DNA of 43,739 nucleotides from Patescibacteria group bacterium (GTDB taxonomy: Bacteria > Patescibacteriota > Microgenomatia > UBA8517 > UBA10165): assembly GCA_038062025.1 (NCBI GenBank), contig JBBTXW010000014.1, positions 1 through 43,739 of the forward strand, written 5' to 3'. The notes below the pieces were generated by a model. The model worked only from the letters and a program-made list of their open reading frames with translations, was not told the DNA's origin and did no database searches. The position numbers and the translations under genes are program-made. Shown here one piece after another: positions 16,039-25,840 of this stretch. Each line of letters begins with the position of its first letter. Positions within the stretch are counted from its first letter, which is position 1.

Positions 16039-18603
16039 ATGGCCTGGAAATCTGCTCTCAGATCTCGGCATCACCGGGATTTTGGAAACATGCATCGTCG
16101 CCCAGGGCGATCGCGTGCACATTTTCTTCACAGGCTAGGAGTTCTTTCTTTTCTTGGAATTTTGGGGCTATTTTTAATTTCTTTTATTACAGTTCCAATT
16201 TTGGCAATCGGCCTTCCCTCCCCGGAAAAGATTGTTCGTCGGGAAGGCTTCTCAACAAAAATTTATGACAGAGAAGGAAAACTTTTGTACGACATTTATG
16301 ATGATAAGCGGCGAACCCCTGTTAAATTTGAAGACATTCCTGCGTATTTAAGAAGTGCAACGATTGCGATTGAAGATAAAAATTTTTATGAGCATTCAGG
16401 GTTTGATGCTTTCGGAATGCTTCGAGGACTAACACGTGTTATCACAAAGGGTCGTGCTCAAGGCGGTTCGACGTTAACTCAGCAGCTGGTTAAAAACGTA
16501 CTTCTCTCCTCAGAAAGAACATTGCCAAGGAAAGTAAAAGAGTTTGTCCTTGCAACACAAATTGAAAGAAAGTACTCAAAAGATGAAATCTTGACGATGT
16601 ATTTAAATGAGGCTCCGTACGGAGGCACTTGCTGGGGAGTTGAGTGTGCGGCAGAAAGTTATTTTGGAAAATCTGTAAAAGATTTAACTTTAGTCGAGTC
16701 TGCAATTTTGGCTGGTCTTCCCCAAAGACCCTCCAGTTTTTCGCCATATAGTTCCACACCCGATGCCTATATTGTCCGCACAAAACAAGTTTTGAGGCGA
16801 ATGCGGGAGGATAAATATATAACAAGGGAACAAGAAGAAGAGGGAGTCAAACAACTTGCAGAGGTTGGCTTTGTTGGGAAAGCTGCATCTTTTAAGGCCC
16901 CGCATTTTGTTACATATGTTCAGTCGATTTTAGAAGAAAGATATGGGGAGAGCGTTTTGCAGTCTGGGATGAAAGTTACAACAACTCTTGATTGGGATTT
17001 ACAAGAAAAAGCACAACAAATAGTTTCAGAGGAAATTGATAAAGTTGAAGCTCAACAAATTACAAACGGTGCGGCTGTCGTAATTGATCCTAATAATGGA
17101 CAGATTTTATCAATGGTCGGTTCAAAGGATTTTGGCGCAGAAGATTATGATGGGCAAGTCAATGTCACCCTCTCCCTGCGTCAGCCCGGCTCGGCGATTA
17201 AACCCGTTACATATGCAGCAGGACTTAAAAAAGGCTACACAGCATCGACTCTTTTGATGGATGTTAAGACTACTTTTCCAGGAGGAGTGAATTTGCCTGA
17301 ATATGTTCCGGAAAATTATGATGGGGAATTCCGTGGGCCTGTACAAGTTCGTAGTGCCCTGGCAAACTCTTTGAATATTCCTGCTGTAAAAATGCTTGCT
17401 ATGGTTGGGATAAAGGGGATGTTGGAGACGGCGTTTGATTTAGGTTTTACAACCCTTGAGCCTACAAAGAAGAATATGGAACGGTTTGGATTATCAGCAA
17501 CATTGGGAGGCGGAGAGGTTAGGCTTCTTGATTTAACTTCGGCGTATGGGGCATTCGCAAACGGAGGCAAAAGACACGAACCTGTTTCGATTTTGAGGGT
17601 TGAGGACGCAAATGGGAAAGTTTTGGAGGAATATAAAGAAGAGAAAGGAAGGAGAGTTTTATCGGAAGGAGAGGCGTTTATAATTTCTGATATTTTGTCA
17701 GACAACAATGCGCGTGCGGATGTTTTTGGAACTAATTCATATTTGAATATTTCTGGAAAAACAGTTGCTGTAAAAACTGGGACAACGAATGATCAAAGAG
17801 ATAACTGGGCAGTTGGCTGGACTCCTCAAGTTATTGTTGGGGCTTGGGTTGGAAATAACGACAATACTCCGATGAAAAAAGTTGCGTCGGGGGTTTCCGG
17901 AGCAACCCCAATTTGGAGAAAAATAATTATCGAAGCACTTTCCGGAAAACTAAACAAGAAATTTGAAGTTCCTGATGGCGTTGGTCAAATGGAGGTTGAT
18001 AAGATCTCGGGCTTTTCGGCACATGATGGATTTGCCTCGAGGCTTGAGTATTTCATAAAAGGGACAGAGCCGGAAGGAGAGGACATGGTACATGCGAATC
18101 TAAAATTGTGCAAAGGAGAGGGAAGACTTGCAACTCCCTCTCAAGTTTCTGCAAACGACTATGAAACTCGTGAATTTTATGTTTTGAAAGAAGAGGACCC
18201 TACCGCCGAGGCAGGTGGAGAAAACAAGTGGCAGAAAGGAATTAATGAGTGGTTATCCGAGCAATCTGACCAGATGTATCACCCGCCGGAAGACTATTGC
18301 GGATCTGGGAATCCTGTTAATGTTGAATTTTTGACGCCAAAAGACCATGATCAGGTAAATTCAAACGATTTTGAGGTTAGGGTTGATGCAAAGTCTACGT
18401 CAAACATCACAGAGATTGAGCTTCAGCTGGATGATGGCGAGAAGTTCTTGCTGACCACCAAGCCCTGGAAGAAAATTTTCTCAGGTGTAAAAGACGGAGT
18501 ACATACGTTGACCGCGATCGTAAAAGACGAAAAAGGAAACAAATCAGACAGAAAGATAACGATTGGTGTCAACGTCCCCTGGAATACGGCTGCTACTCCT
18601 TGA
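16039..18603 (+). CDS. Class A penicillin-binding protein (PBP1A family) with C-terminal Ig-like domain
   Basis: Transglycosylase EDKNF and GGSTLTQQLVKN; transpeptidase SAIK, SLN and KTG. Confidence 0.95.
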   Translation: MAWKSALRSRHHRDFGNMHRRPGRSRAHFLHRLGVLSFLGILGLFLISFITVPILAIGLPSPEKIVRREGFSTKIYDREGKLLYDIYDDKRRTPVKFEDIPAYLRSATIAIEDKNFYEHSGFDAFGMLRGLTRVITKGRAQGGSTLTQQLVKNVLLSSERTLPRKVKEFVLATQIERKYSKDEILTMYLNEAPYGGTCWGVECAAESYFGKSVKDLTLVESAILAGLPQRPSSFSPYSSTPDAYIVRTKQVLRRMREDKYITREQEEEGVKQLAEVGFVGKAASFKAPHFVTYVQSILEERYGESVLQSGMKVTTTLDWDLQEKAQQIVSEEIDKVEAQQITNGAAVVIDPNNGQILSMVGSKDFGAEDYDGQVNVTLSLRQPGSAIKPVTYAAGLKKGYTASTLLMDVKTTFPGGVNLPEYVPENYDGEFRGPVQVRSALANSLNIPAVKMLAMVGIKGMLETAFDLGFTTLEPTKKNMERFGLSATLGGGEVRLLDLTSAYGAFANGGKRHEPVSILRVEDANGKVLEEYKEEKGRRVLSEGEAFIISDILSDNNARADVFGTNSYLNISGKTVAVKTGTTNDQRDNWAVGWTPQVIVGAWVGNNDNTPMKKVASGVSGATPIWRKIIIEALSGKLNKKFEVPDGVGQMEVDKISGFSAHDGFASRLEYFIKGTEPEGEDMVHANLKLCKGEGRLATPSQVSANDYETREFYVLKEEDPTAEAGGENKWQKGINEWLSEQSDQMYHPPEDYCGSGNPVNVEFLTPKDHDQVNSNDFEVRVDAKSTSNITEIELQLDDGEKFLLTTKPWKKIFSGVKDGVHTLTAIVKDEKGNKSDRKITIGVNVPWNTAATP

Positions 18604-18636
18604 CAGGTGGTGTATTGTGATATAATCTGACCCCAC

Positions 18637-19095
18637 ATGAGCGCTGAACGTAAACCGGATTTAGATGTCCTTGTTAGACCAGAAGTGACGAGTATGTCTT
18701 CTGCTGTACTTCTTTCCCTTGCTGAAGCAGAGAAAGAGCTGCGCGATATATGGTTTAGGTTTGCTAAAGATGGCAAGACACCCAAAGCTAACGATACTCG
18801 GATTCAAAAAATTGGGGAGTTTGTCAAAACTTTATCTCCTGAGGCAATTGCAGGTTTGGAAGATGTTGTTTTGACAGTTGGAGGGGCTATCGTCACACGG
18901 GGACAGAAGATACAAATTGAAGCGATTAAGGATGCCAGAGGGGAGCTGGTAAAAGAGAGGGCAGAAGCTGTTCGGAAAGCCGAAGAGGAAAGGGAAAAGA
19001 AGAAAAAGAATAAGCTGTCACGTGGTCAGGCAGTTTACATAAGAAGACACAAGGCGAATGAACGCCGAGGTACGGACCCTCGACTCATCCACTAG
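18637..19095 (+). CDS. Hypothetical protein with basic, coiled-coil C-terminus
   Basis: 152-aa ORF preceded by TGaTATAAT. Confidence 0.65.
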   Translation: MSAERKPDLDVLVRPEVTSMSSAVLLSLAEAEKELRDIWFRFAKDGKTPKANDTRIQKIGEFVKTLSPEAIAGLEDVVLTVGGAIVTRGQKIQIEAIKDARGELVKERAEAVRKAEEEREKKKKNKLSRGQAVYIRRHKANERRGTDPRLIH

Positions 19096-21006
19096 TTAAT
19101 CTTTAACTTTTGCGCCAAATTTCTTGGCGGTATTAAGTATTTTCCCTCGTATTTTTTCAACTTCTGAGTTGGTTAGCGTTTTTTCGGGATTTTGATAGTA
19201 GGTTCTTATGGTTCTTGTATTTTCGTATGCGTCGATCAATTCTACTGATGATATGTGGGGGTTTGAAGATTTTATTTTTTCAATAATTTGACCGATTAAA
19301 GTACGTGGCTGGATGATTAAAGTTAAATCCTCGACTTGCGGCGGGTACTTTGGAGTTGGAATATATGGGGAAGACATTGATGCTGAGTCCTGGAGTTTTT
19401 TTGTATCAAATTCAAAATATAAGAAATGCTCATTTTCCGAGTATCCGAAGGTGCCGACTTGTTCGAGTTCTTTATAGACTTTAGCTTCTTTTAGAAAAGC
19501 TTCGACAATTCCTTTTGCGCGGCGGTAGTCAAAGTTTTTTGAGAAGACTCCTGCAAGAGTCATTTTTTCTTCCGGTAGATCTCCCCTTCTTGGTAGGTAG
19601 ATGTTGGCCATTTCGAATAAGAAGAAGGGATTTTCTTCTCGTGTGTTTTCAAAAACTGCACTTACAAGGGATGGGAGGAGTGAGGTTCTCAAAGAGACTG
19701 AATTTGAGCCTAATGGGTTTTTGAGTTTTAGTGCAGACTTAAGTCTGCTATTACGGATCTCGACTTGCGATACCAGCGAGGATGTGTAGACTTCAACACC
19801 CCCGAGCCCTTTTAGAGAAAGTTTTGCTTTGTATTCAAATTCAAATGGAGATATTTCTTGTTGTGGGGGTAGCGGGCCATCCAAAGTCAGGGAGGGAAGG
19901 TTGTGGTACCCATAAATTCTTGCAACCTCTTCAACAATGTCTTCAGGGATTGAAATGTCATTGGAGCGGAAAGAAGGAATCTCAACTGAAAGTAACTTGT
20001 GACTTGTGACTCGTGACTCGTTGACACCGAAACCAAGTGATTCCATAATTTCTATTATTTCTTTTGCTGGAATTTGAATTCCTAAGCGTTGGCAGATAAA
20101 TTCTAAAGCCACCTCTATTTTTTTGGGTTTGTAAGGTGTGGGGTAGATGTCATGTACTTTGCTGGCGACTTTTGCATTGCACAGTTTTTTATATAATTGA
20201 ACACCTTTTAGGATTGCTGTCATTCCAAGTTCTGGGTCTATACCTTTTTCGTTTACTGCAGAGCTTTGAGTTCTTATTGCAAGGGACATTGAAGTTTTTC
20301 TTAAGGTTGCCGAATGAATATTGTCTACGAAGAAAATTACCCTTTTTGTTTCAGGGGTGACGACACTATTTTCAGTTCCCATAATTCCCGGGAGATCGAT
20401 AATTTTTCCGGTTCCATCGTCAATTACGATGTCGTTTCCAGGAAGGACGTGCGTTTTTCCATCAAGGGTTGTTAATCTCTCGCCTTTTTTTGATTCTCTG
20501 AAAATAATTTTATTAGTTTTTACTCGATCGTAGTCGAAAATATGTGTTGGATGGCCTATTTCAATCATCACATAGTTTGTGATATCAACCAAAGGTCCCA
20601 AAGATCGCATTCCCACGTCTTCTAACCTATTTTTCATCCAGCTGGGTGTTTGTGTGTTCTCGATATCCAACACAACGGCAATCGCACGGTTTACTAATTT
20701 TGGAAGAATCTTTACTTCTAGCGGAGCTGTATTTTCTCCTGTTATTTTTTCAAAACTTTGATTAATTAAAGAGGCCGGAACTTTAAATCTTGGAAGAATT
20801 GTTGCAGCCTCTCTTGCAATTCCATAGATACTTGCAGAGTCGACACGATTTGTTGTCACTTCAATAGAGTAAAGTGGACCTGTTTTGCCTTTGTTTATTC
20901 TTTCAACAGACGGGCCGCACAATGATAAGTATTTTTGAATCTCTTTTGGTTTGGCTTTGGTATCAAGGTATTCTCGAAGCCATGAATCTGGTATCAATAT
21001 ATCCAT
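19096..21006 (-). CDS. pheT: Phenylalanine--tRNA ligase beta subunit (short form)
   Basis: IEVTTNRVD, VDITNYVM, RSNDISIPEDIVEEVARIYGY, C-terminal FDX-ACB; appears to lack the OB (B2) domain. Confidence 0.95.
   Translation of the reverse strand: MDILIPDSWLREYLDTKAKPKEIQKYLSLCGPSVERINKGKTGPLYSIEVTTNRVDSASIYGIAREAATILPRFKVPASLINQSFEKITGENTAPLEVKILPKLVNRAIAVVLDIENTQTPSWMKNRLEDVGMRSLGPLVDITNYVMIEIGHPTHIFDYDRVKTNKIIFRESKKGERLTTLDGKTHVLPGNDIVIDDGTGKIIDLPGIMGTENSVVTPETKRVIFFVDNIHSATLRKTSMSLAIRTQSSAVNEKGIDPELGMTAILKGVQLYKKLCNAKVASKVHDIYPTPYKPKKIEVALEFICQRLGIQIPAKEIIEIMESLGFGVNESRVTSHKLLSVEIPSFRSNDISIPEDIVEEVARIYGYHNLPSLTLDGPLPPQQEISPFEFEYKAKLSLKGLGGVEVYTSSLVSQVEIRNSRLKSALKLKNPLGSNSVSLRTSLLPSLVSAVFENTREENPFFLFEMANIYLPRRGDLPEEKMTLAGVFSKNFDYRRAKGIVEAFLKEAKVYKELEQVGTFGYSENEHFLYFEFDTKKLQDSASMSSPYIPTPKYPPQVEDLTLIIQPRTLIGQIIEKIKSSNPHISSVELIDAYENTRTIRTYYQNPEKTLTNSEVEKIRGKILNTAKKFGAKVKD
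19733..19754 (-). repeat. REP family B copy inside pheT
   Basis: GTAATA GCAGAC TTAA GTCTGC, translated as RNSRLKSA. Confidence 0.8.
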
Positions 21007-21008
21007 AA

Positions 21009-22037
21009 TTAAAATTGCTTGAGATATCTCAAGTCAGTTGAATACAAGGTTCGTATGTCGTCTAACTCTATGCCAGGTTTGAGCAACTGTGCTCTTTCTA
21101 CTCCCCAGCCGAAAGCAAAACCCGAATATTCTTTGGGGTCAATACCTCCGGCTTTCAAAACATTTGGTTGAACCATTCCAGCTCCCCCAACTTCATGCCA
21201 GCCGCTTTTGCAGAAACGACACCCTTTTCCATTGCAGTGAATGCAAGAGAAATCTACTTCGAAAGATGGTTCAGTAAACATAAAGTGGAAAGGTCTAATT
21301 CGGGAAATTGCTGTTGGACCGTAGAAGGATTTTGCGAAATGGTCGATTGTTCCTTTTAGATGGGTAATGTTTATTCCTTTATCAACCACTAATCCTTCGA
21401 ATTGATGAAACATTGGGTTGTGTGTAACATCAGATTGCCTTCTGTAGCATTTTGCAATATTGATCATCCTTATTGGCGGCTTCTTTAATCTCATCATCTC
21501 GCGGACTTGGCCTGAAGAAGTATGTGGGGTTAAAACTATTTTTCCCCATTTTTTATTTTCCGGCGCGTCGACAAAGAATGTTTCCCATTCGTCTCTCGCG
21601 GGATGTTCTTTTGGCATATTTAAAGATTCAAATGCAAACCAGTCCCATTCGACTTCTGGGTAGCGGACGCGAGTAAAACCGATTTTTTCAAAGATTCGTG
21701 AGATTTCTTCAATTGCTTGGGTTACCAGGTGTAGATGTCCCCTTTCGGGTTCTATACCTGGAACTGTGGGGTCAAGCCATTCCTGGCGTTTTGCGTGAGT
21801 TAATTCCTGAATCCGGTTTGTTAGCGCGTCTTCGAGGGCTTGTTTTGTGTCATTTAGGAGTCTCCCAAGGGCTTTACGTTCATCGGTTCCTAGGTTCTTT
21901 AGCTCTTCGGTTACCTTATTGATTTGTCCTTTTCTGCCTAAATAAGAAACACGAATATTTTTAAGCTCTTCTAAAGACTCTGCGCTTATGATTTGTGCAA
22001 GTGCTTGGTTTTTTAGATTATGCAAAGTTTGTTCCAT
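21009..22037 (-). CDS. pheS: Phenylalanine--tRNA ligase alpha subunit
   Basis: HPARD, TPHTSSGQ, FHQFEGL, FMFTEPS, GFAFGWGVER. Confidence 0.97.
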   Translation of the reverse strand: MEQTLHNLKNQALAQIISAESLEELKNIRVSYLGRKGQINKVTEELKNLGTDERKALGRLLNDTKQALEDALTNRIQELTHAKRQEWLDPTVPGIEPERGHLHLVTQAIEEISRIFEKIGFTRVRYPEVEWDWFAFESLNMPKEHPARDEWETFFVDAPENKKWGKIVLTPHTSSGQVREMMRLKKPPIRMINIAKCYRRQSDVTHNPMFHQFEGLVVDKGINITHLKGTIDHFAKSFYGPTAISRIRPFHFMFTEPSFEVDFSCIHCNGKGCRFCKSGWHEVGGAGMVQPNVLKAGGIDPKEYSGFAFGWGVERAQLLKPGIELDDIRTLYSTDLRYLKQF

Positions 22038-22045
22038 AACGAGTT

Positions 22046-22096
22046 GTAATAGTAGACTTCAGTCTGCGTTTAGCGCGCAATGAATTGCGCTAATAC
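22046..22096. repeat. REP family B inverted doublet upstream of pheS
   Basis: (+) GTAATA GTAGAC TTCA GTCTGC and (-) GTATTA GCGCAA TTCA TTGCGC. Confidence 0.85.
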
Positions 22097-22131
22097 ACAT
22101 TTTATCAAAAAGAAAAGGCAACTGGGTGGAT

Positions 22132-22418
22132 AAACAAAATGCCCGTACATATTCTCCAAAAAAATTGAAGAACACATACGGGCGTTCTATTCGAACACGG
22201 TACCACCGTATATTGTTGCTCGAGCGCTCCGCTCTCGCGCTAACGGTCTACTGACTACGGACTACAGCGGTAGACTGTAGACGGAATGCGGTAGACGCGT
22301 TGTCGCTTTGCGACACGCTTCTGTTCTGTTACGGGAACTTCCCGGGTTGTGACTAATGCCTTTCGGGTTCACCCAACCGGCTCGGAGGCGAATGCACCTC
22401 GTCTTCGCTTTTGTAGTT
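22132..22418 (-). ncRNA. T-box riboswitch leader of pheST (Phe specifier)
   Basis: Antiterminator ATACGG-TGGTACC-GTGTTC..GAACGC-CCGTAT; overlapping terminator 22183-22141 plus U tract; short Stem I with TTC at 22392-22390; promoter TTGACT/TAAAAT at 22454-22425. Confidence 0.85.
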
Positions 22419-22496
22419 GCGTTTATTTTACACCACTTGCATATGCTGAGTCAAATTGGTACTTGACACTGTTTTCACGGAGAGTAAATATGAACT

Positions 22497-22799
22497 ATGC
22501 CCTGCCCGGCTGCTAACCCCACAAATCGTGGAATTATCCACATACTTCCCCTTTTGGTTCTTGCTGTTGTTATTCTTGCTGGTTTGGCGATTTTTACCCG
22601 CAGTTCTCAAGAAGATTCAAAGGATGTGTTGGGTGCTTCAACCCAGAAAGTTCAAACTCACACAGTTTTAGCAAAAAGAACACATAATGTTTTTGGAATA
22701 AAGGTTACAACTTCGGTTACAAATCTGGTTGATGATGCGGGAAATGTTTTGGAGGTTAAGCCTTCTTTAACAGATCGGATCGTGGGGCTTCTAGACTGA
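22497..22799 (+). CDS. Hypothetical membrane-anchored or secreted protein
   Basis: RG|[17 protein letters not shown] pilin-like leader; DVLGAST motif; TTGACA promoter upstream. Confidence 0.7.
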   Translation: MPCPAANPTNRGIIHILPLLVLAVVILAGLAIFTRSSQEDSKDVLGASTQKVQTHTVLAKRTHNVFGIKVTTSVTNLVDDAGNVLEVKPSLTDRIVGLLD

Positions 22800-23141
22800 C
22801 TTCACTTTAGAGACTATTTCGGAGAAGGTTTGCGGATCACGAATTGCGATGTCTGAGAGGATTTTTCGATCTAAATCTATATTGTTGGCTTTCAATCCTG
22901 AAATGAAGCGAGAGTAAGAAAGGCCATGTTCGCGGACAGCTGCGTTTAGACGGATGATCCAAAGTTTTCGCATGTCGCGCTTCCTGTTTTTTCTGCCCTC
23001 ATACGCATATTGACCCGCATGAAGCACGGCTTCTTTTGCGGTTTTAAATCTTCTTCTTCGGGCTTGTTTGAAGCCGCGAGCAGCTTTCAACACTTTATTG
23101 TGCCTTCGCCTTCTTAGTATTCCTGTTTTTGTTCTTGCCAT
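22791..23141 (-). CDS. rplT: 50S ribosomal protein L20
   Basis: [32 protein letters not shown]. Confidence 0.97.
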   Translation of the reverse strand: MARTKTGILRRRRHNKVLKAARGFKQARRRRFKTAKEAVLHAGQYAYEGRKNRKRDMRKLWIIRLNAAVREHGLSYSRFISGLKANNIDLDRKILSDIAIRDPQTFSEIVSKVKSV

Positions 23142-23203
23142 ATTAGTCGCTTTGCTCCAATTTTTAATTTCTAATTTTTATTGAAAATTTCAAATTTTAA
23201 ATT

Positions 23204-23404
23204 TTAAATTCCTAGTGCTTTCTTGATTTTCTTTGTTAAAACTTTATTTGCCTCAACAGTCTTTTTATATACTCTTGAGTTTTTCTTCTTTTTGTTTGCC
23301 TTAAGGTGTCTTCCAAAACTTCTGCCGCGCAAAACCTTGCCTGTGCCGGTTATTTTTACACGGCGGCTTACTGAGTGCTTTGGTTTAAACTTGGTTTTTT
23401 TCAT
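23204..23404 (-). CDS. rpmI: 50S ribosomal protein L35
   Basis: KFKPKHSVSRRVKITGTGKV..HL; infC-rpmI-rplT order. Confidence 0.93.
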   Translation of the reverse strand: MKKTKFKPKHSVSRRVKITGTGKVLRGRSFGRHLKANKKKKNSRVYKKTVEANKVLTKKIKKALGI

Positions 23405-23951
23405 TTTTTTGTCCTTTGGTTGGTCTTAGCATGAATATTAGCTGTCTTCCCAAAAACTTAGGCGTTTGGTCGATTCCGCTTAAGTCTTTAGTATCGGCTG
23501 AAACCCTATCTGCCAGCTGGTAGCCGAATTCTCGATGGGACATTTGGGGGCCTTTGAATTTGACTACAACCCGAACTTTTGACCCATCACTCAAAAATTC
23601 TTTTATTTTTTCAAGTTTTGTAAGGTAGTCGTTGTCTCCCATGAATGGGGTTAGCCAAACTTCCTTTTGCTCTGAGCCCTTTTTCTCTTTTCTCCTTGCT
23701 TCCCTTTCCTTCTTTTCCTGTTGATATTTAAATTTTGCGAACGCTATTATCTTGGCAACAGGAGGGCGGGCTTTTGGGGCAATCTCTACAAGATCGAGCC
23801 CAAGGCCCTGAGCAAGGCGCGTGGCTTCCTCTTTTGAGAAAAGTCCAAGCTGTTTTCCTTCCGAGTCTAAGACGCGGAGCTCTCGAGCTTGGATATTCTG
23901 GTTAATTCTCCAGAATGTTCTTTGTTTGTTTGGGAAATATCTCGTCGCCAG
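23385..23951 (-). CDS. infC: Translation initiation factor IF-3; probable non-AUG (CTG) start
   Basis: RINQNIQARELRVLD..LDLVEIAP..PPVAKI..KFKYQ; CTG 8 nt after TGcTAGAAT. Confidence 0.93.
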   Translation of the reverse strand: MATRYFPNKQRTFWRINQNIQARELRVLDSEGKQLGLFSKEEATRLAQGLGLDLVEIAPKARPPVAKIIAFAKFKYQQEKKEREARRKEKKGSEQKEVWLTPFMGDNDYLTKLEKIKEFLSDGSKVRVVVKFKGPQMSHREFGYQLADRVSADTKDLSGIDQTPKFLGRQLIFMLRPTKGQKNEKNQV

Positions 23952-23977
23952 ACTGCAATATTCTAGCACAGGCAGGA

Positions 23978-24021
23978 GTACTAGCGCAATTCATTGCGCG
24001 CGAATTGAAATTCGCTACTAC
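23978..24021. repeat. REP family B inverted doublet overlapping the thrS stop
   Basis: (+) GTACTA GCGCAA TTCA TTGCGC and (-) GTAGTA GCGAAT TTCA ATTCGC. Confidence 0.87.
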
Positions 24022-25793
24022 ACTTGGGACCTGCCCTGTATTGTTTTTTTAATTTGTGCAACTGCATCTTTTACTTTGATTGACCCCAAATCTTGGCCGT
24101 TTCTGAGGCGCACTGCCACGGATTGTCCGCTTTCCTCTCTATCTCCTACAACCAACATGTATGGGGTTTTTCTAACCTGGGCGTCTCTGATTTTTGCTTT
24201 CAAAGTTTCTGAGCGAGTATCTGCTTCTGTTCTAATTCCCTCGTTTTCAAGTTGTACACGTAGAGAATTGGCGTAAGACACATTTCTTTCTGTGATGGGC
24301 AAGATAATGGCCTGTATGGGCGATAGCCAGACAGGAAAAGCTCCGCCGTAATGTTCAATTAGGAAAGCAAAGAACCTTTCGAATGAGCCGATCAACGCCC
24401 TATGGATAATATATGGCCTTTTTTCTTCTCCGTCTTCGTCGATGTATGAAAGCTTAAACCTCCTTGGAAGATTAAAATCAAACTGGATTGTTGAGATTGT
24501 GTCTTCTTTCCCAAAAATGTTAATTGCTTGGATGTCTATCTTTGGTCCGTAAAAGGCTGCTTCTCCGGAAGCAATTTTGTATTCGAGTTTGTTTTTATCA
24601 AGAACGGCTTTTAGCGCTTTTTCTGCTTTTTCCCATTCTTCTCTTGGGGCTATGTTGTATTTTTTATCTTTTGGATCTGATAAAGACAGCCGCATCCAAT
24701 GGTCGAGGAAGCCGAGATCCTTGTAAAACTGCCTAAATAAATTAATTACTTCTGTCAATTCTTCATCAATTTGATCTTCTCTACAAAAAATGTGTGCATC
24801 GTTTTGTGTAAACCCTCGGACTCTTGCAAGTCCTTGGAGTTCACCTGATTTTTCGAAGCGATACACAAGACCAAACTCACCGAGTTTTATTGGTAAATCG
24901 CGGTAGCTTCTCAACTTTGATTTATAAATCATCATTGCTCCTGGGCAATTCATGGGTTTTAGATAAAGTTTTTCGTTATCAACTTCAATTGGGGGATACA
25001 TCGAGTCGTCATAAAATCCCAAGTGTCCCGAAGTTTTGAAAAGTTCGGCCTTGTTTAAAACAGGAGTTATTGTGTGTTTGTAGCCATGTTGCCTTTCCAT
25101 GCGCAGCATGTAATCCTCAAGCTCGCGCCTAATGATAAATCCATTTGGAAGCCAAACGGGTAGACCTTGGCCGATTTCGGGATAAATTGCAAAAAGTTCA
25201 AGTTCTGCTCCAAGCTTTCTGTGGTTTCTAAGCTCTGCCTGTTCTCTTTGCCATAAATATTTGTCGAGTTCTTCCTTTGTGTTGAAAGCAGTGCCATAAA
25301 TGCGTGTTAACATTTTGTTCTTTTCATCGCCATGCCAGTATGCACCGGCAATTGATAAAAGTTTAAATGGGCCGATTTTTCCAGTGGATTCAACATGTGG
25401 GCCCGAACACAAATCCACAAATGACTCTTTATCTTTTGGATCTCCAATTGAATAGACGGAGACCATTTCGCCGCGTTCTTTGATTTGGTTTACCCACTCA
25501 AGTTTATAAGAGTTTCCTGCAAAGATTTTCCTAGCCTCTTTTGCTGAGATTTCGTAATGGACTATCGGCAAATCAGCTTTAATAATTCTTAGCATTTCTT
25601 TTTCAATTCTTGTAAAGTCCGTTTCTTTAATCTTTTTTGTGGAATCAAAATCGAAGTAGAAGCCTTCGTCTGTTGCCGGGCCCATTGCAGGGAGGAGTCC
25701 TGGATACAGTTTGAGCATAGCCATAGTTAAGACATGCTCGGCACTGTGCCTCATTGCCCCTAATTGATCTGATTGGTTTTGATTTTTTGCCAT
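24018..25793 (-). CDS. thrS: Threonine--tRNA ligase (no TGS domain)
   Basis: RHSAEHVL, DLCSGPH, LKPMNCP, RVRGFTQNDAHIF, IHRALIGSFERF; alternative start at 25802. Confidence 0.97.
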   Translation of the reverse strand: MAKNQNQSDQLGAMRHSAEHVLTMAMLKLYPGLLPAMGPATDEGFYFDFDSTKKIKETDFTRIEKEMLRIIKADLPIVHYEISAKEARKIFAGNSYKLEWVNQIKERGEMVSVYSIGDPKDKESFVDLCSGPHVESTGKIGPFKLLSIAGAYWHGDEKNKMLTRIYGTAFNTKEELDKYLWQREQAELRNHRKLGAELELFAIYPEIGQGLPVWLPNGFIIRRELEDYMLRMERQHGYKHTITPVLNKAELFKTSGHLGFYDDSMYPPIEVDNEKLYLKPMNCPGAMMIYKSKLRSYRDLPIKLGEFGLVYRFEKSGELQGLARVRGFTQNDAHIFCREDQIDEELTEVINLFRQFYKDLGFLDHWMRLSLSDPKDKKYNIAPREEWEKAEKALKAVLDKNKLEYKIASGEAAFYGPKIDIQAINIFGKEDTISTIQFDFNLPRRFKLSYIDEDGEEKRPYIIHRALIGSFERFFAFLIEHYGGAFPVWLSPIQAIILPITERNVSYANSLRVQLENEGIRTEADTRSETLKAKIRDAQVRKTPYMLVVGDREESGQSVAVRLRNGQDLGSIKVKDAVAQIKKTIQGRSQV

Positions 25794-25798
25794 TTTCT

Positions 25799-25840
25799 GC
25801 ATTAGCGAAATTTATTTCGCGCACTTAAGTGTGCTAATAC
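25799..25840. repeat. REP family B inverted doublet upstream of thrS
   Basis: (+) GCATTA GCGAAA TTTA TTTCGC and (-) GTATTA GCACAC TTAA GTGCGC. Confidence 0.85.
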
